Below, piece after piece: positions 51,802 to 59,526 of a DNA stretch of 64,000 nucleotides. This DNA comes from Polyangia bacterium (GTDB lineage: Bacteria > Myxococcota_A > Polyangia > Fen-1088). The position numbers and the translations under genes are program-made. Every line of letters starts with the position of its first letter. The stretch's first letter is position 1. The DNA lies in the NCBI GenBank assembly GCA_045802645.1, contig JBJMQQ010000013.1, forward strand, positions 1,588 through 65,587, in the 5' to 3' direction. The notes below the pieces were generated by a model. That model saw nothing but the letters and a program-made list of their open reading frames with translations. It had not been told where the DNA came from and ran no database searches.

Positions 51802-52731
51802 GTGAAGGTCCACGCCCCGACCAGCGTCGTCCTGTACCGCGCCCGACTCATCTTCGTCCTCACGGCCCTCATCCCGACCGTGCTCATCACCGTGCTGGGC
51901 GTGCTGTTCGTCGCGACGGGTGGATCCCATTCCATGGCGGTGGTGGGAGGGATCCTGATGCTCGCGTTTTGCGCGACCGCCCTGGCCGGCTGGGCGCTGG
52001 GGACGATCTTCGTGACCCGGGGCGCCAGCCTGGCGGCGCTGCAGAACGAGTTCCTCTCGTCGGTCTCGCACGAGCTGCGCACGCCGCTGACGTCGATCCG
52101 GCTGTTCATCGACACCCTCAGCGAGGGGCGGGTCGCCGACCCCGTCGCCGAGCAGCGTTGCTTTTCGATCATCAACCAGGAGCTGGTGCGGCTGGACGGC
52201 CTGGTCGGCCGCCTCATCGAGCTGTCGAAGATCGAATCGCGACGGGACGTGTTCGAACGGCGCCCCGTGACGGTGTCCGACATCGTCGAGGACGCGCTGG
52301 CGACGTTGAAGACAGTGGACCTCTCGGACGACGTCGAGGTCGACGTGAAGGTCGACCGCAGCTTGGTGGTGCGCGGCGATCGGGCTGCGCTGGTGCAAGC
52401 GGTCGGCAACCTGCTGAGCAATGCCTGGAAGTACACCCGCCCCGGCAACCGGCGCATCCAGGTGATCGCCACCGCTGACGTCAAGCACGTCTACATCTCC
52501 GTGACGGACAACGGGTTCGGCATCTCCGCCGAGGAGCAGCGGGTCATCTTCGACAAGTTCCAGCGGGGCGCCGCCGCCATCGAGCAGCGGAGCCCCGGGT
52601 CCGGGTTGGGACTGGCGATCGTGCGCGCGATCGTGACCGCCCACGCCGGCCGCATCGACGTCAATTCGCAGATCGACCGCGGGGCGACCTTCCGCATCAC
52701 CCTGCCGCGCGGCGTTCCGGAACCGGCGTGA
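51802..52731 (+). CDS. Sensor histidine kinase (HisKA + HATPase_c) with two TM helices and no periplasmic domain (intramembrane-sensing type)
   Basis: GTG start. TM1/TM2 separated by ~5 residues. H-box SHELRTPLTSI. N/G boxes. Confidence 0.88.
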   Translation: MKVHAPTSVVLYRARLIFVLTALIPTVLITVLGVLFVATGGSHSMAVVGGILMLAFCATALAGWALGTIFVTRGASLAALQNEFLSSVSHELRTPLTSIRLFIDTLSEGRVADPVAEQRCFSIINQELVRLDGLVGRLIELSKIESRRDVFERRPVTVSDIVEDALATLKTVDLSDDVEVDVKVDRSLVVRGDRAALVQAVGNLLSNAWKYTRPGNRRIQVIATADVKHVYISVTDNGFGISAEEQRVIFDKFQRGAAAIEQRSPGSGLGLAIVRAIVTAHAGRIDVNSQIDRGATFRITLPRGVPEPA

Positions 52732-53456
52732 GCGAGCCAGGGACACCCCGTCTGGTCGTCATCGTCGAAGACGACGGGGCGATCGCGGAAGGGCTGGCGC
52801 TGAATCTCAAGTTGCAGGGCTATCGCACGGAGATCGTCGGAGACGCCGAGACCGCCGTCGAGGTGATCGCGGCGACGCGACCGGCCCTAGTGCTGCTCGA
52901 CATCTCGCTCCCCAAGCGCAGCGGTCTGTGGGTCCTGGAAACGCTGCGCGGCGAGGGCGATTCGGTGCCGATCATCGTGCTCTCGGCGCGGCAGGACGAA
53001 TTCGACAAGGTGGCGGCGCTGCGCCTGGGGGCCGACGACTACGTGACCAAGCCGTTCGCGCTGGCCGAGCTGCTGGCGCGCGTCGCCGCCGTGCTTCGCC
53101 GCGCGCCGCCGGACCGTGAAGCCGCCCCCGCGCCGGCGCCACCGTCGTCATCCCGGTTCGGCGACGTCGTCGTCGATCTCTCGGCGCGAACCGTGACCAA
53201 GGCCGGCAAGCCCGTGAAGTTGACGCACCTCGAATTCGAGCTGCTGGCCTTTTTCTGCTGCAACGACGAGCGGGTCTTCTCGCGCGAAGAGCTGCTGCGT
53301 GAAGTGTGGGGCCTTCGCCAGGCGACCCCGGCGCGCACCGTCGACAACTTCGTCGCCCAGCTCCGCGCCAAGCTGGAAGACGACCCCGACCGTCCGACCT
53401 ACCTGCTCACCGTCCGCGGCTCCGGCTACCGCTTCGCCCGCGGCGCGCGCGTCTAG
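52728..53456 (+). CDS. OmpR/PhoB-family response regulator
   Basis: Receiver LVVIVEDD...LDISLP...GADDYVTKPF. Winged-helix LTHLEFELLAFF...TVRGSGYRF. ATGA-type overlap with the kinase gene. Confidence 0.9.
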   Translation: MSEPGTPRLVVIVEDDGAIAEGLALNLKLQGYRTEIVGDAETAVEVIAATRPALVLLDISLPKRSGLWVLETLRGEGDSVPIIVLSARQDEFDKVAALRLGADDYVTKPFALAELLARVAAVLRRAPPDREAAPAPAPPSSSRFGDVVVDLSARTVTKAGKPVKLTHLEFELLAFFCCNDERVFSREELLREVWGLRQATPARTVDNFVAQLRAKLEDDPDRPTYLLTVRGSGYRFARGARV

Positions 53457-53695
53457 CTTCGCTGCCGTTCGGCTTCGGCGTGGGGCGGTCGGTCTGTGGG
53501 GTTCCCTCCCGTGCTCAAACAGGTCCTCGCGGGTCGACCCCGGATCTGCTCGGCTCGCGCCGTAGACCGCTGCGGAACTGCGCGCGGAGGGGACACTCAC
53601 TCCGACGTCTCCTCAACCAAAGCGAGCGGAACCCCAAGAACGCCCGCACTGACAGTCACGAAGGCGCCTGCGGCGTCCTGGCGCTTCATTCAGGC

Positions 53696-54322
53696 TCAGA
53701 GGTTGTTGACGATCGGCTGGCCGATGCCGACGAAGGACGGGCGGGCCTCGCAGCGGGTCGCGTGCGCGGTCAGGCGCGGGTAGCGGGCTTCGTCGAAGAG
53801 GGTCGGGTGCGCCTCGCGCACGAACCGCAGCATGCAGGCGACGGCGATGTCGGCGTGCGAGAGGGTTCCGCCCAGCCACCAGCCCGTCGCGCGGCGCGCG
53901 CGGTCGTCCTCGAGGGCGTGCAGCCCCTTTTCAATCTGCAGCCGGCAGCGGGCCATCCAGCGCTCGGACGGGTGGTCGTGCTGCAGCGTTTCGTAAAGAA
54001 GGCTGACGGCCTTGTCGGCGGTACCGGTGGCCAGCGCGACGACGCGCAGCCCGTCGCGGCGAGGCGCGCCAGCGCGCGGCAAGAGGGCGCGTTCGGGCCC
54101 GGCCATCTCGTCGACGGCGTCCAGGATTGCGCCGCTTTCGATGAGCGCGCTCCCGTCATCCAGCAGCAGGGTGGGGACCCGGCCAAGCGGGTTGTACGCG
54201 GCGATCTTTTCGGCGTCGCCCCACACCGACCAGGGGCGGTGCTCGAACGGCATGCCAAGCTCGCTCAGCGCAATGCCCACCCGCCTCACAAACGGCGAAT
54301 CGTATTGACCAATCAGAATCAT
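53696..54322 (-). CDS. Glutathione S-transferase
   Basis: GST N-terminal fold (MILIGQYDSPFVRRVGIAL, VPTLLLDDGSALIESGAIL) and C-terminal helical domain. Confidence 0.85.
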   Translation of the reverse strand: MILIGQYDSPFVRRVGIALSELGMPFEHRPWSVWGDAEKIAAYNPLGRVPTLLLDDGSALIESGAILDAVDEMAGPERALLPRAGAPRRDGLRVVALATGTADKAVSLLYETLQHDHPSERWMARCRLQIEKGLHALEDDRARRATGWWLGGTLSHADIAVACMLRFVREAHPTLFDEARYPRLTAHATRCEARPSFVGIGQPIVNNL

Positions 54323-54385
54323 TTCGTCACCTGATTCTCAAGGTATCAGGTTGCGGTTGACCTTCGAACGCGTAAGTACTCTTCC

Positions 54386-56746
54386 ATGCCCGACGCCACG
54401 CTGACGGATGACGAGCTCGAGGCCACGGACGCCTACTGGCGCGCCGCGAACTACCTGACCGTCGGGCAGATCTATTTGAAGGACAACCCGCTCTTGCGCG
54501 AGCCGCTGCGCGCCGAGCACGTCAAGCCACGCCTCCTTGGTCACTGGGGCACGTCGCCGGGGTTGAACCTGGTGTACGTCCACATGAACCGGGCCATCCG
54601 CACCCGCGGGCTGAACGCGATCTTCCTGGCCGGCCCCGGTCACGGCGGCCCGGCGGTGCTGGCCAACGTTTACCTCGAGGGGACGTATTCGGAGACTTAC
54701 CCGGCGATCACGACGGACGTCGCGGGGCTGCGCGCGCTGTTCCGGCAGTTCTCGACCCCGGGCGGTGTCCCCAGCCACGTCAGCCCGCCCACCCCCGGGT
54801 CGATTCACGAAGGCGGCGAGCTGGGCTATGTGCTGAGCCACGCGTTCGGCGCGGTGTTCGACAACCCGGATCTCGTCGCCGTGGCGGTGGTCGGCGACGG
54901 TGAGGCGGAGACCGGGCCGCTGGAAGGGTCCTGGAAGGGAATCAGCTTCCTCGATCCGCGCCGTGACGGCGCGGTGCTGCCGATCCTGCACCTCAACGGC
55001 TACAAGATCTCGGGGCCGACGGTGCTCGGACGCTCGACGGACGAAGAGGTCGCCGCGTTGCTGCGCGGGCACGGCTACGACCCGCGGTTCGTGGCCGGGG
55101 ACGATCCGCCCGTCGTGCACCGCGCGTTCGCGGCGGCGCTGGCCGGCGCGCTGGACACGATCGCCGACATTCAGAAGACCAGCCGGACGTCCGGGGTGGG
55201 CGTCCGGCCGCAGTGGCCGGTCCTGGTCTTGCGCACGCCCAAGGGGTGGACGGGGCCGAAGACCGTCGACGGCGTGCCCGTCGAAGGCACGTTCCGCGCG
55301 CACCAGGTGCCGCTGGCGGAGGTCCGCAGCAACCCGGCGCACCTGGCGATGCTCGAGTCCTGGATGCGCAGCTACCACCCCGAGGCGCTGTTCGACGACC
55401 AGGGGCGTTTGATCGAGCGGCTGCGCGCGCTGGCGCCGTCCGCGGATCGGCGCATGAGCGCCAACCCTCACGCGAACGGCGGCCCCCTGTCGCGCCCGCT
55501 GGACCGGCCGGACTACGCGGCCCACGCGATCCGCGTCGAACGTCCGGGCGCCGAGCGGCACGAATCGACCCGCCAGCTGGGGCTGTGGCTGCGCGACATC
55601 TACGCGCGCAACCCCGACAACTTCCGGCTGTTCTGTCCGGACGAGACCAACTCGAACCGCCTGGGCGCGGTGTTCGATCAGCAGAGCCGCTGCCTGGTCG
55701 AGCGACTGGAGCCCGGCGACGACCACGTCGCCACCGACGGGCGCGTGATGGAGGTGCTGAGCGAGCACAACTGCGAAGGCTGGCTGGAAGGTTACGTTCT
55801 CACCGGCCGCCACGGGATCTTCGCGACGTACGAGGCGTTCGCCTTGATCGTCGCGTCGATGGCGACCCAGCACGCGAAGTGGCTGGAGGCCTGCCTGGAT
55901 TTGCCGTGGCGCGCCCCGGTGCCGTCGCTGAACATCCTGCTGACGTCGACGTGCTGGCGGAACGACCACAACGGCTTTTCGCATCAGGGGCCGGGCTTCA
56001 TGGACACGATCCTGTCCAAGAAGGGCGCCATCTCGCGCATCTACCTGCCGCCCGACGCGAACTGCCTGCTGTCGATGGCCGACCACGCGCTGGCCAGCCG
56101 AAACTACGTCAACCTGCTGATCATCGACAAGCAGCCCGAGCTGCAGTGGCTGAACCTGGAGGCCGCGCGCGAGCACTGCGCGCGCGGCGCCTCGATCTGG
56201 GAGTGGGCCGGGACCGCGGGCGGTGACGCGCCGGACGTCGTGCTGGCGTGCGCCGGTGACGTCCCAACGCTGGAGACGATGGCTGCCGCCGCCTGGCTGC
56301 GGCAGCGCGCGCCCGGCCTGAAGACCCGCGTCGTCAACGTCGTCGATCTCATGGGTCTCTATTCGCCGGACGAGCACCCGCACGGGATGACCGACGACCG
56401 CTTTGCCGGCCTGTTCACGCACGACACCGACGTCGTGTTCGCGTTCCACGGATACGCGGGCGCGGTGCACCAGGTCTTGCACGGCCGCCCCAACCCCACC
56501 CGCTTTCACGTGCGCGGCTACCGTGAAGAGGGGACCACCACGACCCCGTTCGACATGGTGGTCCTGAACGGGATGAGCCGCTTTCACCTAGCGGCGGAGG
56601 CGCTGAAGCGCGCCCGCCGCCCGCCCGCTGACGCCGACCTGCTGATCGACGAATGCACGGCGATCCTGAAACGGCACCGCGCCTACGTTCGCGAGCACCT
56701 GGAGGACCTGCCCGAGATCCGGGACTGGACCTGGCCGGCCGCGTGA
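54386..56746 (+). CDS. xfp: Phosphoketolase (xylulose-5-P/fructose-6-P phosphoketolase)
   Basis: [30 protein letters not shown]-binding regions. Full-length 786 aa. Confidence 0.92.
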   Translation: MPDATLTDDELEATDAYWRAANYLTVGQIYLKDNPLLREPLRAEHVKPRLLGHWGTSPGLNLVYVHMNRAIRTRGLNAIFLAGPGHGGPAVLANVYLEGTYSETYPAITTDVAGLRALFRQFSTPGGVPSHVSPPTPGSIHEGGELGYVLSHAFGAVFDNPDLVAVAVVGDGEAETGPLEGSWKGISFLDPRRDGAVLPILHLNGYKISGPTVLGRSTDEEVAALLRGHGYDPRFVAGDDPPVVHRAFAAALAGALDTIADIQKTSRTSGVGVRPQWPVLVLRTPKGWTGPKTVDGVPVEGTFRAHQVPLAEVRSNPAHLAMLESWMRSYHPEALFDDQGRLIERLRALAPSADRRMSANPHANGGPLSRPLDRPDYAAHAIRVERPGAERHESTRQLGLWLRDIYARNPDNFRLFCPDETNSNRLGAVFDQQSRCLVERLEPGDDHVATDGRVMEVLSEHNCEGWLEGYVLTGRHGIFATYEAFALIVASMATQHAKWLEACLDLPWRAPVPSLNILLTSTCWRNDHNGFSHQGPGFMDTILSKKGAISRIYLPPDANCLLSMADHALASRNYVNLLIIDKQPELQWLNLEAAREHCARGASIWEWAGTAGGDAPDVVLACAGDVPTLETMAAAAWLRQRAPGLKTRVVNVVDLMGLYSPDEHPHGMTDDRFAGLFTHDTDVVFAFHGYAGAVHQVLHGRPNPTRFHVRGYREEGTTTTPFDMVVLNGMSRFHLAAEALKRARRPPADADLLIDECTAILKRHRAYVREHLEDLPEIRDWTWPAA

Positions 56747-57873
56747 GCACGCCAGGCGCGCCACGCTCGATCGTCTGCCTCAATTGTGGCTCCTCGTCGG
56801 TCAAGGCCGCCTGGCTCGAGCCGGCTGACGGCGAGCGGCCCGGCGCCGAGCGCCACGTGCGCTCGGCGAACGTCGAGGGGACGGGGGCGGGCGCGATCAC
56901 GGCGGCGCTGGAGCAGGTCGCGCCGCCCGGGACGGCTCCGGCCGCGGTCGCGCACCGGCTGGTGCACGGCGGCAGCCACTACACGGCGCCGACGCGCGTC
57001 GACGCGCGCGTGGCGGCCGACCTGCGCGCGCTGGTCCCGCTGGCGCCGCTGCATCTGCCCAGCGCGGTGGCCGGCATCGACGCCGCCCGTGCGCGCTGGC
57101 CCGACCTGCCCCAGGTCGCCTGCTTCGACACCGCTTTTCACGCGACGCTGCCGGAGGTCGCACGGCGGCTGCCGCTGCCCGCCGCCGTGCTGGGCGGCGA
57201 AGTCCGCCGCTACGGCTTCCATGGATTGTCGTACGCGCACGTGATGTGGACGCTGGGGGCTGACGCGCCGGCGCGGCTCGTCATCGCGCACCTGGGCAGC
57301 GGCGCCAGCCTGGTCGCCGTCGCGGGCGGGCGCGCCGTCGACACGACGATGGGGTTCACCCCCGCCGGCGGCATCCCGATGGGGACGCGAACCGGTGACC
57401 TGGACCCGGGCGCGCTCTTCTACCTGGCGCGCGCGCGCGGTCTGTCGCTGGACGCGCTGGAACAGATCTGCGAGCACGAATCAGGGCTGCGCGGGATCGG
57501 CGGCAGCGCCGATGTCCGCGCTCTGGAGGCGCGGGCCGCGCAAGACAGCGACGCCGCGCTGGCGCTGGCGATGTTCGGCTACGGGGTCCGCAAAGCGATT
57601 GGCGCCTTCGCGGCCGTGCTGGGCGGCCTGGACCTGCTGGTGTTCACGGGCGGCATCGGTGAGCACGCGCCAGCGGTGCGCGCGGAGGCGTGCCGCGGAT
57701 TGGAGGCGCTGGGCGTGCGGCTGGATCCGGCCCGCAACGGCCGCAACGCCGACCGGATCAGCAGCGACCAGAGCCCCTGCGCCGTCCGCGTCGTCCCCGC
57801 CGACGAGGAGGGGACGATGGCGCGCGAGGCCCGTGCGTTGCTGGCCGGGCCCCTTCAGTCGCGGGCCGGGTGA
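56743..57873 (+). CDS. ackA: Acetate kinase
   Basis: GTG start overlapping the xfp stop. [14 protein letters not shown] and HRLVHGG motifs. Confidence 0.88.
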   Translation: MSTPGAPRSIVCLNCGSSSVKAAWLEPADGERPGAERHVRSANVEGTGAGAITAALEQVAPPGTAPAAVAHRLVHGGSHYTAPTRVDARVAADLRALVPLAPLHLPSAVAGIDAARARWPDLPQVACFDTAFHATLPEVARRLPLPAAVLGGEVRRYGFHGLSYAHVMWTLGADAPARLVIAHLGSGASLVAVAGGRAVDTTMGFTPAGGIPMGTRTGDLDPGALFYLARARGLSLDALEQICEHESGLRGIGGSADVRALEARAAQDSDAALALAMFGYGVRKAIGAFAAVLGGLDLLVFTGGIGEHAPAVRAEACRGLEALGVRLDPARNGRNADRISSDQSPCAVRVVPADEEGTMAREARALLAGPLQSRAG

Positions 57874-58904
57874 TCGGCGGCAACGGCGCGCTCGACGCCG
57901 TCGAAGAGCGCGTGACCCAGCCAGGCCACCCCGGCGCCGAGCAACGTGCACACGGCGCGGTGGACGACTACGGTCCGTTCCGCGGCGCCGGCCAGCGCCA
58001 GAAGGAAAACGACGTAGGCGGTCAGCGTCGCCACGAACGCGGCGTAGTTCACGAACACCAACACGTAGCTGGCCGCGGCGAACAGCAGCACCAGCCCTGA
58101 CACTGCCAGCGGGTTGGGGTGGATGGCCCACGCCGCCAGCGTCGCGAGCGCGGCGCCGGCCAGCGTGCCGGCCGTCCGGGCGACCCCGCGCTCGAGCGTC
58201 TGCCGGAACGCCGGCCGGGTGACGATCGCCGCGGTCATCGGGATCCAGTAGCTGTTGGCGAGACCGACGACCCGGGCCAGCCCCATCGACACAGCCAGGA
58301 CGATCCCGGCATGGGCGGCGCGCCAGGCCCGCGCCCGGTTGGTGTTCCCGGCCGGCGCCGCCACAGGGGAGGCGGGGCCCGGAATCCGGCCCGCCACCCG
58401 CCACGCGGTCGAGACCACCAGCATCTGCAAGAGCCCGCCGGCCAGCGCGCAGGATCCGCGCACCAGCGCCAGGGTTCCGTGCGCGGGGTAGGCCGTCGAG
58501 ATCACCAGCCAGATGAGACACTGCAGCGCCAGCCACGACGCGCCGGGGCTGGACGCCCAGGCGAGGCCACAGGCAGCCCCCCACAGGCCGGTCAGCGCGA
58601 TCGTCAGTGCCGGCGACAGACCGGCCAGCGTGCCGATCCAGCTGGAAAGGCAGATCCCGACCGCCGCCACCAGCATCGGCAACCGGCGCGACCCGCGGAT
58701 CTGCTGGAACGACCCCAGCCCGACGGAGAACGCGCCGGCCGCCGCCATGATGCCGACCCGGGGGCGGCCGACGGCGGCGCCCGCCGCCAGCGACAGCGCC
58801 ACGGCCGGCAGGCACAGCAGCGCGGCTCCCGGCTGCGCGCGCGACCAATCGAACGCCAGCGTTCGCTTGACCAGCGGTTCGATTCGGCGCGTGCCCGCCC
58901 GCAT
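57855..58904 (-). CDS. FUSC-family (fusaric-acid-resistance/aromatic-acid-exporter-like) integral membrane protein
   Basis: ~10 TM helices with a pattern typical of the YccS/FUSC family. Convergent 19-nt overlap with ackA. Confidence 0.65.
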   Translation of the reverse strand: MRAGTRRIEPLVKRTLAFDWSRAQPGAALLCLPAVALSLAAGAAVGRPRVGIMAAAGAFSVGLGSFQQIRGSRRLPMLVAAVGICLSSWIGTLAGLSPALTIALTGLWGAACGLAWASSPGASWLALQCLIWLVISTAYPAHGTLALVRGSCALAGGLLQMLVVSTAWRVAGRIPGPASPVAAPAGNTNRARAWRAAHAGIVLAVSMGLARVVGLANSYWIPMTAAIVTRPAFRQTLERGVARTAGTLAGAALATLAAWAIHPNPLAVSGLVLLFAAASYVLVFVNYAAFVATLTAYVVFLLALAGAAERTVVVHRAVCTLLGAGVAWLGHALFDGVERAVAADHPARD

Positions 58905-59105
58905 GCCCGAGAGTCTACGTGATCAGGGTTTGGTCACACCGACCTGGGCGCCAATGCGATACTCGGGCGTGCCGATCACGCCGCCGGAACCAGGTTCCCA
59001 GCGCCGCAATGCGGTCGTTCGGCCGGCACGCGCAGTTCCTGCCGGCGGGCTGGCGGCGCCGCGAAGCAATTGCGGGACAACCGGGCGCGCGACGCGGCGT
59101 TCAGC

Positions 59106-59121
59106 GGGAACGCCGGTTGCA
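59106..59121 (+). promoter_or_regulatory. Sigma-54 promoter-like element GGGAACGCCGGTTGCA upstream of small-ORF/mgtA operon
   Basis: -24 GG 59107-08, -12 TTGCA 59117-21, exact spacing. Predicted transcription start site ~59132, followed by SD AAAGGAGG 59141-48 and ATG 59155. Confidence 0.5.
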
Positions 59122-59154
59122 GAAGCACTGAGGGTCTTCAAAAGGAGGCTCACG

Positions 59155-59526
59155 ATGCTCACCCGCTTTCTGGCGATCCTTCTCGCTCCCTGCTTGCCGC
59201 TGGCCGCCCTGATCGTTCCCTTGTCCACGGCGCATCACGTTTCGGCCCTGCTGGCAGGGACAGCCGCCACGGTGCTGGCGGCGTTCGCCTTCAGCAGCGA
59301 CCGCGCGCGCTTCGCGGCGGCCGCCGTTGCCGCCTGGGTCGCGCTGACGGCGTTGCTGTTCCCCTCGACGCTGCTGGAAGAGGTGATCGTGCTTTCCTGG
59401 GGCGTTCCGATGTTCGCGTGCCTGGCGGGGCCGTTCAGCGCGCCACCGGTGGTCACGCGTACCGCCGCGCCCGCCGCGGCCGCCGCGCCACCGCGCGCCG
59501 CTGAGCATCTGCCGATGGCCGCATGA
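59155..59526 (+). CDS. Small (124 aa) membrane protein with Pro/Ala-rich C-terminus, translationally coupled to mgtA
   Basis: Strong SD. Three hydrophobic helices. Tail PPVVTRTAAPAAAAAPPRAAEHLP. Stop overlaps the mgtA ATG (ATGA). Confidence 0.55.
   Translation: MLTRFLAILLAPCLPLAALIVPLSTAHHVSALLAGTAATVLAAFAFSSDRARFAAAAVAAWVALTALLFPSTLLEEVIVLSWGVPMFACLAGPFSAPPVVTRTAAPAAAAAPPRAAEHLPMAA

Noticed and set aside
53457-53695. Intergenic region checked for tRNA/small RNA
   Set aside because: No cloverleaf-compatible segments or conserved T-loop (GTTCRANYC) seen. Probably just a terminator/promoter spacer.
58905-59105. Possible Mg2+ M-box riboswitch upstream of mgtA
   Set aside because: I could not find the conserved M-box helices or loops. 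A sigma-54 promoter plus SD explains the leader better.
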